Source: Ruegeria sp. 2205SS24-7
Lineage (GTDB): Bacteria > Pseudomonadota > Alphaproteobacteria > Rhodobacterales > Rhodobacteraceae
Length of the DNA stretch: 64,000 bases
Assembly (NCBI RefSeq): GCF_030758345.1
Contig: NZ_JAVAMO010000007.1
Span: 137,127 to 201,126, forward strand
Reading direction: 5' to 3'
Part shown: positions 44,101 to 55,000 of the stretch, piece after piece
Layout of the letters: each line of letters opens with the position of its first letter
Position numbering within the stretch: the stretch's first letter is position 1
Translations under genes and position numbers: made by a program
The notes under the pieces: generated by a model
What the model saw: the letters and a program-made list of their open reading frames with translations, nothing else
Database searches by the model: none
Told to the model about the DNA's origin: nothing

Positions 44101-46008
44101 CCCGATTTTCACATCGAGGGCATCTGCCGCCATGGCGACGGTCGCTCGGACCCCTTCCGCTGCGCCGCGCCGCATATCGCAGAGGGCTTCCGCACGACCG
44201 AACTGCATCAATCGGTCTTTGCACCCGACGCAACGGCGCGGGTCGCCCCCGCTGCGACCCCCGACCAGCTGCGCAACTGGATGGCCGCGCGCCTGCCCGA
44301 CTATATGCGCCCGGCCGAAGTGATCCTTCTAGACCACCTGCCGCTGACGACAAGCGGCAAGATCGACACTGCCGCTCTGCCAGGCCCGGCGGACAAAGAC
44401 AGCGTCCCCGCGCGCAACGACATGGAAGCCGCGATCCTGAGCGTCTGGCAATCGGTCCTTGACACCAAAAACATCGGCGTTACATCGGAATTCCTCGCGC
44501 TCGGCGGCGATTCAATCTCCGCGATCCAGATCGCGGCCCGCCTGGGGGCCGATGGGATACAGACGACAGCCACAGACATCCTGAGCGAAGGGACGGTGGA
44601 GCGACTGGCACAGATCGCCACCCGTAGCTCTGCATCATCCGGCGCAGAGCAAGAACGGGTTGCGGGGCCATCAGATCCGCTCCCGGCGCAAAGCTGGTTT
44701 TTCTCGTCCTTCCCGACCAATCGCGCGCATTTCAATCAGGCGATACGCCTGCGTCATACGGGCCGCGCCGACCGGACGGCGATCGAGGATGCGCTTGCGG
44801 CATTGGCCGCACATCATGATGCGTTGCGCACCCGCTTCGATCCGGCGGGCCGCAGTTCGCAGATCGAGATCGGAGAAGGTGGCAACCGGGTCCCGGTCAC
44901 CGAAATCGACGCGCGCCACGCTGAGATCGAGGCGGCGTTGATCACGCTGCACAAGGACATAGCTCCGATAGAGGGTAAGGTTCTTGCGGCGCTGCTTATC
45001 CGGGGTGCAGCGGCGGATGACATTGTCATCGCGGCACATCACATCGCGGTCGACTGGGTCTCTTGGGGAATCCTCATTTCGGATTTCAACCGGGCATATT
45101 CAGCCGCAACCAAAGGCATGCCCATCACCTTCGATCCCAAAACCGCTTCGGTACCCGCATGGGCGCGAGACGTGACCGAGATCACCCCAAAGCTGGCGAA
45201 CCGCGCGCAACCCTACTGGCACGAAGTGGCGCACCGACCTGGGCGCGCCCTGACCCCGGCCGATCCGGGCCTCTACAGTGACGCGCAGAACGTCGCGCTG
45301 ACGCTACCGACCGACCTGGCCCGAGCCGTGACCGGCACGGCGAACGAGGCCTATTCGACCCGCCCGCAGGAACTGATCCTGACGGCGCTGGTTCATGCCA
45401 TCGAGCAGGAATGGGGCAACGGGGCGACCACGCTGCTGCTGGAGGGCCATGGCCGCGAACCGGCGCTCAGCACGCACGACGTATCCCGCACCGTTGGATG
45501 GTTCACGACGCTCTACCCTGTTGTTCTTAACTCACCCGCTGGAGGTGCCGACCGCCGGATAAAGGGCCTAAAAGAGGCCCTGCGAGCAGTCCCCGACAAC
45601 GGCGCGAGCTATCTGCCGCTTGCCCAGGCCCCCAATGCCCACCCGGCGATGGCCAATATGGTGCCCGATGTCAGCTTCAACTTCCTCGGCGGGGGTGCCG
45701 CGACGACCGACGGGGCATGGTCGCCGGTTGACGCGCCGGTCGGGCCGGTCGTCTCGGGTCAGCATCGCCGCATCTGCACGCTGGACGTCGCGGTCGTCGC
45801 CCATGGTGCCGACGTCACGCTGACCCTGACACGAAACGGCAAGGCTATGTCGGCAGAGGTGATAACGCGGCTCCTGACCGCAATCGAAGCGGATCTGCGC
45901 GTCTTGTGCGATCACTGCCAGTCGCTGGGCACGACCGAACTGACCGCCGCCGACGTCGCCATGTCCGGGCTTTCGCAGGATGAGCTTGAGGCGCTGCTGG
46001 ACGACTGA
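41131..46008 (+). CDS. Stand-alone NRPS module (1625 aa). Domain order: N-terminally truncated C-domain remnant - A domain interrupted between A8 and A9/A10 by a PRMT-like SAM methyltransferase - PCP - epimerization (E) domain.
   Basis: The N-terminal 250 aa align only to the C-terminal lobe of C domains ([14 protein letters not shown]...[35 protein letters not shown]) and have no HHxxxDG. A domain: [55 protein letters not shown]. Inserted MT. A10: [33 protein letters not shown]. E domain: [15 protein letters not shown] and the EGHGRE race motif LLLEGHGRE. Confidence 0.85.
   Translation: [1625 protein letters not shown]
43200..44260 (+). other. Protein-arginine-N-methyltransferase (PRMT)-like class I SAM methyltransferase fold, including the beta-barrel, inserted in the gene 3 A domain.
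   Basis: [115 protein letters not shown] parallels PRMT1 [68 protein letters not shown]...KVDIIISEWMGY. A downstream [11 protein letters not shown] sits where the PRMT THW loop would be. Confidence 0.65.
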
Positions 46009-46057
46009 TGACGGGAACCGGCTTGACCAGAACATTATCGACACCGGGGCAGTTTCG

Positions 46058-49000
46058 ATGATCCGCAAGGAACAAATCGCAGATATCTATCCGCTCTCGC
46101 CGATGCAGGAGGCGATGGTAGTCGCGGGTTTGCGCGACCCTGACTCGACAGCTTACGTGCAGCAGCTGCGCATCACTTTGAATCGCGATCTGAATCAGGA
46201 CACGTTCAAAGCAGCGTGGCAAGAGCTTGTCGACCGGCACACGATCCTGCGCACCGCATTCATCCTGCGCAATACGCCCCGCTTTCTTCAGGCGGTGCTG
46301 AAGCAGGTCGAGCCGGACATCGCGACACAAGACCTGACGCAGCTTACTGAGGAGGAGCAGGCAGCGCGGATCGAACAGATCTGCCTGTCCGAACGTATAC
46401 GGGGCTTTGACCTGACCTCAGGGCCACCTTCGCGTATCCGGCTCATCCGACGAGGCCCTCAAAGCCACGTCATGATCTGGACGCACCATCACGTGCTGCT
46501 GGATGGCTGGTGTCTGGGTCTGATCGCCGAGGAATTCTTCCAGCTCTATGCCGCGCTGCGAGACGGGCATGCCCCGGGTCTCGGACCCGCCCGGCCCTAT
46601 AGCAGCTTCGTGAAATGGGTTCAGGACCGGCCGGTCGAACAGTCCCTGCCCTACTGGAAGGACTATCTGGCGGGTTACGAGCCGATGTCACGGCTGCCGA
46701 CCGGCGACACGCCGCACCCCGCCGCTGGAATGATCGACGAGGAATGCACGCTCGACCACAGGATTTTTGAGGCAGTCAACGCATTGGCCGCGCGTCTGAG
46801 AGTGACGAAGGGCGCGCTGCTCCATGCAGCCTGGGGCGTCTTTCTCGCCAAGTACTCCGATACCGACGACGCGCTTTTCACGTCGGTGATCGCCAATCGG
46901 CCGCCCAGCCTGCCCGGCGCCGAACAGATGATTGGCCTTCTGATCAACGCCGTGCCCGTACGCGTTCGGTTAGGCGCCGAGGATAGCTTTGCCCAACTGG
47001 CCCAACAGGTCCAAGCCGACATGCTGGCGCGGGCGGAGCATGAGCATGTGCCCCTCGCCACCATCCAGGGCGTGGCACCACAGGCAGCGCAGGTTTTTGA
47101 TACCCTGCTGATCGTCCAGAACTACCCGCTTGGCGGGGTGGCATCAGACGGCCTATCAGGCGGGTTGCAGGCCATCCCCGACACACTGACCGAAGAGACC
47201 CACGCACCGCTCACGCTGAACGTTTCGCTGGCGGATGGCATTCACCTGCACCTGTCAGCACGCCCCGAACACCACGATGCGGCCATGGCGTCACAAATGA
47301 TCCGGCATTTCGCAGGCCTGCTGGAACGGCTGATTGATCGGGCCGATGATCCGCTAATCACACAGACGCCGCTTGGACATACGGAGGCGTTGTCTTTGTC
47401 CGCGCCGCCCGACACCCAGCCCATACCGGCAAGCATGGCCGAATTGCTTGCTGGCCAGGTTACCAAGACACCCGATGCCACTGCGTTGACCGCAGGTGCA
47501 AAGACTTTGAGCTATGCCGAGCTCTCACACCGCGCAGATCGTCTGGCCGCACATCTGAGCGCATCGCTCGGGCTGCGCAGGGGCGACAAGGTCGGTCTGA
47601 TGCTGCCGCGCGGCTCATGGCTCGTAACGGCGATGCTTGCCCTGATCCGAATGGGCGTCGCCTATGTCCCGCTTGGGCCGCGCGATCCGGCAGCGAGAAC
47701 GGGCTTCGTGCTCATAGATGCGGGGGTGACAGCACTTATCACTGCGGCGGATGTGGCGCTGCCCGACGGGTTCGACGGCAAGATAATCCGCCTCGGAGAG
47801 GACACATCGCTGCCCGACGCGGCATCCCATGGCGCGACGCCCGCACCCGACGATCTGATCTACATCGCCTATACCTCCGGCTCGACCGGCCAGCCCAAGG
47901 GCGTAGAGATTGCTCACCGGAATGTCGCGGCCTTCACTGAAACACTGCCCGCAACGCTTGGCCTCAGGGCGGGCCAACGCATTCTCGGGCTGACCACACA
48001 TACTTTCGACATATCGTTTCTGGAACTGATCAGCAGCCTTGCGCTTGGCCTTGAGGTGGTTCTCGCCGACGACGAAACCGCCGCCGATCCGATTGCCATT
48101 TGCGATCTGATCAAAACGCAGAAGATCGACGTCCTGCAAACCACACCCTCACGCCTGCGCACGCTTGTCGAGGTCGGCGGCTGGAAGGCGCTGGAAGACC
48201 TGAACACCATCCTCGTCGGAGGTGAGGCGCTGCCGTCGGACCTGTTCGACGGTCTCCGCACCCTGCCAGAGACGCGTTCCATCAATGTCTATGGTCCGAC
48301 CGAAACCACCATCTGGTCGACCGCGCAGGACCTGTCGGACGGGCTGCTGTGCATTGGTCGGCCCTTTCCCGGCGAAGCCGCCTTTGTCTCAGGGCGAAAC
48401 GGCCAGGTGATGCCTGTCGGCGCGGTCGGTGAGCTATGTATCACCGGCGCAGGTCTCGGGCGCGGATACCACCAGCGCCCTGACCTGACTGCGGAACGTT
48501 TTGCAGATCATCCGTTTGTGCCCGCAGCAAAATGCTACCGCACCGGTGACCTCGCGCGGCGGCGCACTGATGGCCGTTTCGAAGTGCTGGGCCGTCTGGA
48601 TGATCAGGTAAAACTGCGCGGCCACCGGATCGAGCTGGGCGAGATCGAGTCCACTCTGCGCGGCCTGCACGGCATCGAGGCGGCGGTTGTGCTGCCCGAG
48701 CGCGGCGCAAGCGGTGAGACCAAGGCGCTGACCGCCTATGTGGTTTGCAAGACTGGCACTGCCCCGGACGGGATACTTGGCCAACTTGCATCTTTGCTGC
48801 CCGCCCACATGATCCCGGGCGCGCTTGTACCGCTGGACCGGTTGCCGCTGATGCCGAGCGGCAAGATCGACCGCAGCGCCCTGCGGCAGTTCGAAGCGAC
48901 CGCGCCCGTCACAAGGGACGTGACCGACCTTCCACGGGATGAGACCGAGCAAGGCATCGCGCGCATCATCGCCGAGGTGTTGGACCGGCCGGTTTTCGGC

Positions 49001-52000
49001 CGCAGCGAGGATTTCTTTGTGGCGGGCGGCCACAGCCTGCTAACCGCGCGGGTCATCGGTCGCATCCGGCGCGATTTCGGCTGCAGCATTTCGATCCGCG
49101 AGTACTTTGCCGCTCCGACCGTGGCCGGTCTGGCGAAACATGTCCGCGCGCGGGGCGGGGCGCAGGGAACACGCATCCTACCCGCGCCTGAGGCCCCGGA
49201 CCATCCGCTGACGCCCGCTCAGCGACAGCTTTATGTGCTGGACCGGATCAGACCGGGGCGGGCGGATTACATCGTTTCGACAGCGTTCTTGCTGGAAGGT
49301 CCGCTCGATCTGTCCGCGTTGCAGCGGGCGCTCGACGGCCTAGTGCTTCGGCACGAGGCGCTGCGCACGGCTTTTGTGATGCGCGGAGATACGCCGCGCC
49401 AGATGGTACAACCCGTCCGGCCCTACGCGCTGGAACGGCGGGACGTATCGGACGTTCCCACCGCAGAAGGTGAGATTGCCGCCTTTGCAATCCGCAGTTT
49501 CGATCTGGCCGACGGGTACCTGTCACGCGCCCTCTTGCTGCGGATCGACACCGAAGCGCATGTGATGGGGTTTGCCCTGCATCATATCATCGGCGATGCC
49601 ATTTCGCTGGATGTGATCGCGCGCGATCTATCCCGGCTCTACAACAGCGAACGAGCGGGGCGCCAAGCAACGCTCAAACCGCTTGCACTGCAGCAGCGCG
49701 ACATTGCGCATTGGATCGCCGAGCGTGCTGAAAGCCCCGACATGGACGATGCCGCCAGCTACTGGGCCGACATCATGAAGGGACCGGTCCCGCGACTGGA
49801 CCTGCCGCTCGACCGTCCCCGCCCGGCGACGCTCGACGATGCGGGCGGGATCGTGAGCCATGAGCTCGATCCCGAACTGGCGCTGGCGCTGCAACACTGT
49901 GCCCAGCGTGCGGGGATCAGCCTTTTCGCGCTGGTCACGGCCATCACCGCGCTGACACTCACGCGCTGGTCGGCGCAAGACGAGGTCATTCTCGGCACCG
50001 CTGTTGCGGGGCGCGACCTGACCGAACTGGAGCCGCAGGTCGGCCTTTACGTCAACATGGTGCCGCTTCGTCTTCGGGTCGCGGAACACGACGGCATCGA
50101 CGATTTCCTTTCAGCCGCCAACGCGGTTCTGATCGGCGCGCTTGAGCATCAGCATTATCCCTATGATCAGTTGATCGACAGGCTGCAATTGGATCACAGC
50201 CCCGACCGCACTCCCCTGGTCGAGGCCGTCGTCGGCCTGCAACGCGCCGCGCCCAGCCGGGCCGAGTTCGACGGCCTCAGCTTCACGCCCCTGACCCGAT
50301 CCGGAAGCGCCGTTCGCTTCGACCTGACGTTCGATCTGGTGGAACGCGGCGAACGCTGTTTTTCCCTGGACCTGAGCTATCGCAAAAGCGTGTTTTCGGG
50401 GTCGCGCGCGGAACGGTTGGCCGAGAGCTGGCGTCACGTTGCAGAGCAAATCACCTCGATGCCGGGTCACGCCCTGAGCGATCTTGCCATCACGCCGGAC
50501 ATCGCCGCGGAAGGCGCGCAGGTGCCGAAGACGCGCGCACTGACGGAGATGTTCGCAGATCAAGTGGCGCGCACGCCATCAGCAATCGCACTTGTCGAGG
50601 GCGACCGGCACCTCACCTATCAGGCGCTCAACGATCAGATCACTGCATTCGCGCAAGCACTGATCGCGGCTCACGGGGTTGCGCCGGGGGATTTGGTGGG
50701 CCTCCTTCTGCCGCGCTCTGCCGACGCGGTGATCGCGCTGCTGGCGATACAATATGCGGGCGCAGCCTATGTGCCGCTGGATCCCAAACTGCCGGACACC
50801 CGGCTGGAACAGATCACAAAGCAGGCCGGTATCAGGCTTGTTGTCACCGACGCAGCCGACGCAAACCGGGCGCGCGGCGCCCTGTCGGTCGATGTGGCAG
50901 AAGTAGGCGAACGAGCCTCGGCCAAGGTCAGCCTGCCCAAGATCTCCACCGATGATCTTGCATATGTGCTGTTCACCTCAGGCACGACCGGCCAGCCAAA
51001 AGGTGTGATGATCGAACATCGCAGCGTCGCTAACCTGATCCTTTGGATGAACCGAACCATCCACGGAGGGCCCGAGGCGCAACCGGGTCACCACGCAGCG
51101 CTCGCCGCGCTCAGCTTTGATGTCTCGGTGCATGAAATCTACGCCGCGCTTCTCTTTGGTCACACACTGCATATTGTGACTGACGAGGTCAAAACCAGTC
51201 CCCGCCACCTGTCCCAGCAAATCGAGCGGGATGGCATCACCTCTCTGAGCCTGACGCCGAGCCTGCTGTCGGTGCTGCTAGATGCCGACCGGATCGCCCC
51301 GAACTGGCCGGTTCGCACATTGCTTATGGGCGCGGAGGAATTGCCGCTTCCCATGATCGAGGCGGTACGGCACGCGGCCCGTCAGCCAGACCTGCGGATA
51401 TTCAACCTCTACGGTCCCAGCGAGACCTGCGTCGATGCGACATGGCACGAATTCGGGACCGACCTGTCACAAGACACCGCCGCTCCGATCGGGGTGCCGA
51501 TCGATGGGGCCGAGGTGCTGATCTGCGACCCGCAGATGCGCGCGCTGCCGCCGGGTGCGATGGGGCAGATCTGCATCAGTGGACCCGGCCTTGCGCGCGC
51601 CTATCTGAATGCGCCCGACCTGACCAATGCAGCCTTTGTGCCGCACCCGATGAGGCCCGGCACGCGGCTCTATTGTACCGGCGATTTTGGCTACCGCCGC
51701 GAGGATGGCGTTCTGATGTTCGCCGGTCGGCGCGATCATCAGGTCAAGGTCAGGGGGCACCGGATTGAGCTGTTGGAAATCGAGCGGCAATTGGCCACCC
51801 TGCCCGACATCAGTTCCGTCGTTGTGACAGCGCCCGAAGGGCCTGCGGGTCGCGATCTGGTCGCCTATGTCGCTGCGGAGGCCTTGGATATCCCGTGGCT
51901 TCGGCAAAAGCTGGCAGAGGCGCTTCCGGCCTATATGGTCCCCGAAGTTTATGTGCGGCTGGACAGGATGCCGCTCAACGCATCGGGAAAGATCGACCGC

Positions 52001-55000
52001 GCCCGGCTTCCCGCCGCAAGCGGACCGGTCGAAACCGGGACACCGCCGCGACCGGGGCGCGAGGCGCAAATTGCGGCGATCTGGTCCAATATCCTCGGCA
52101 CCCGGAACGTGAAGCGCGAGGATGAGTTCTTTCGCTCGGGCGGACACAGCCTTGCAGCAATCCGCCTGCTCACCGCTCTGGAGCGTGACCTTGGCGTTGC
52201 CGTGCCGTTGCCCGACTTTTTCCGGCGGCCAACCGTCTCAGGTCTTGCCGAACTCAGCCTGCAAGCCGGCACGCCGGACACCATACCGCCAGCACCTATC
52301 GCGGCGCACTACCCGCTTTCCCCGGCACAGCGGCGGCTTTGGGTCCTTAACGAGATTGACCCTACAGCTTACCTTCTGAACGTTGCTGTCCGGATCGACG
52401 GCCCCCTGTGCATCGACCTGCTAGCCCGCGCCTGCGCTGAAGTCGGCAAACGGCATTTCGCGCTCGGCACCCGACTTGTCACGCCTGATGGTATACCACG
52501 GCAGATCCCCGCCGCTTGCCCGATCACCTTGATCAAACATGTCGCGCGCGGCTGGAGCGAAAGCAGGCTTCTAACGGCGCTGGAACAACAGGCGCGGAAA
52601 CCCTTCGATCTCGAAACCGGCCCGCCTCTGCGGCTGCAAATCTGGGATCACGGAGATGACCGCGCCCTGTTTCTGCTAAGCTTGCACCATATTGTCGGCG
52701 ATGGCTGGTCGCTCAATCTGATCCTGAGTGAGATTTGCACCCTCTATGATGCGTTCTCACGCGATGAACCAAGCCCACTGCTGCCTCTGACCCTTCAGGC
52801 GCATGATATCGCGGTCCACGAAGACAAGCAGATGGCCCGGCTCCAGCAGGCGCACGAGGGACCACTGGCCGCAGCGCGCGCCTATTGGCACGAGAAGCTT
52901 GACGGCGGGCCAACCCGGCTCGACTTGCCTGCGGATCGCCCGCGCCCGAGGGTCAAGACCAGCGCAGGTCATACGATCCCCTTCAGATTTCACGCTGCCG
53001 CTGCAGAGTCTCTTTGCAGACGCGCCGAGACGTTGAATGGTGGCCTATTCCCTCTGCTCACTGCGCTCGTGAAGGTATTGCTCCACCGCTATACCGGCGA
53101 GCAGGACATCTGGCTCGGCACCGCCATCGCGGCCCGTCAGGGGCAGGATCGCGCCGCCCAGGTCGGATTCCATGTGGACACGGTCGTTCTGAGAGATCAA
53201 GTGTCGGCGGCGATGCCCTTCGACACGTTTCTGGGCAACGTGGCCGAAACCATCGCGCAGGCAACGGCGCATGCCGCCTATCCGATCGACGCGCTGATCG
53301 ATGAGTTGGACGTTGAGCGCGATACCAGCCGCGCCGGGCTGTTCGATGCGATGATCGTCTACAATGTTGCCGAGGCGCAGGAGATCGGGCTTCGGGACGT
53401 GACACTCACGCCGCTGCCCCTTGCCGACGATATCGCGCGGTTCGACCTGACGGTCCATATCACCCGGGATGGAGACGCTCTCCGCGGCGCGGTGGAGTAC
53501 AATACCGATCTGTTTGATGCCGACCGCATGGACCGCCTGATCGCTCACCTTCAGAGCCTCGCTGCGAGCATCACGACAGCAAGTGAAGCCGCCATCGGAG
53601 CGCTTGAGCTGATCCCGCAGTCAGAACAGGCGCAACTTGACCGTTTCTCGGCGGGTCCATCTGCGCCGCTTCCGACCGGAACCATCCCCGAAGCGGTCTG
53701 GGCGCAGGCCGGGCAAACCCCGCAATCGCTTGCAATCGCCGGTCCGGACCCGCTCAGCTATGCCGAACTGAAGTCGCGGGCGCAGGCACTTGGCAGATGG
53801 CTTGTTGAAACCGGGCAGCTTGCTCCGGGTGAGGCGGTTGGCGTCTGCATGGAACGCGGCACCGATCTTATCGTCGCGCTCCTTGCTGTGATGGAGGCCG
53901 GAGGCGTCTACCTGCCGCTCGAGCCCGACCATCCCAAGGCCCGGATCGACCGCACTCTGGCCGAAGCGGGATGCAGGCTCGTCCTGTCTGATGCCGCGGG
54001 CAGCGTTGTTTCAGATCTGGCACCCCCTAGCGCCACCCGTGGCGATCTCACCTTGGGTGTCCGGGCCGCCAACGCGTTACAGACACATCCCGATTGCGCC
54101 TATCTGATCTTCACCTCCGGTTCGACCGGTCGCCCCAAGGGCGTGCGCGTCAGCCACGGCGCGTTTCTGAACATGGTTGCAGCGCAGAACGCCGCATTCG
54201 GTCTGGCGCTGGGGGATCGCGTGCTGTTCTTCGCCTCTCCCGCCTTCGATGCGTCTCTGGCCGAAATCTTCACCACTCTGACCAGCGGGGCCACTCTGGT
54301 GCCGGCGACCGCTGAGCGGGTGCGCGACGGGGCGAATTTTGCATCCTGGATGACCGATGAGCGCATCAGCGTCGCGACCCTGCCCCCGGCCTATCTGGCG
54401 GCATTGAGGCAGCCGGACCTGCCGCATCTGCGGGTCTTGATCACGGCTGGCGAGGCCCCTCTGCACAAGGACGTGGCCCACTATGCGCCGCGGCTTTCTT
54501 ACTTCAATGCCTACGGGCCAACCGAAAACGCAGTCTGTTCCACGATCCAGCGGGTCACATCAGCCGATGGCCCGATCCCAATCGGCCGCCCCATCGCCAA
54601 CACGAAGGTCCTGATCCTTGACGACACTCAGAGCCCCGTTCCCATCGGAGTACCGGGTGAAATCTGCCTGGCCGGTGCGAGCCTTGCCCTGGGATATCTC
54701 GACCCCGCACAAACGGCAGCACGATTTGTGAAGGGCCCGGACGGCATGCGGCTCTACAGAACCGGCGATCTTGGCTGTTGGACGAAAGACGGCACAGTGC
54801 TCTATGCCGGTCGCGACGATGCGCAGGTCAAGATCAGAGGGCAACGGATAGAACCGGGCGAGGTGGCCGCCGCGCTGGAAACACACCCGGATGTCCAATC
54901 CGCGCTGGCACTGGTCCGCGAGGATATGCTTTGCGCCTATGTCGTGGGGCACGGCAAAGAGCGGGAGCTGCGCCGCCATGCAAGTACCATTTTACCTTCG

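Noticed and set aside
45980-46057. Longest-ORF start of gene 4, overlapping gene 3 by 29 nt
   Set aside because: AGGA abuts the ATG with no spacer. The downstream ATG at 46058 yields the canonical C-domain N-terminus (IADIYPLSPMQEAM).
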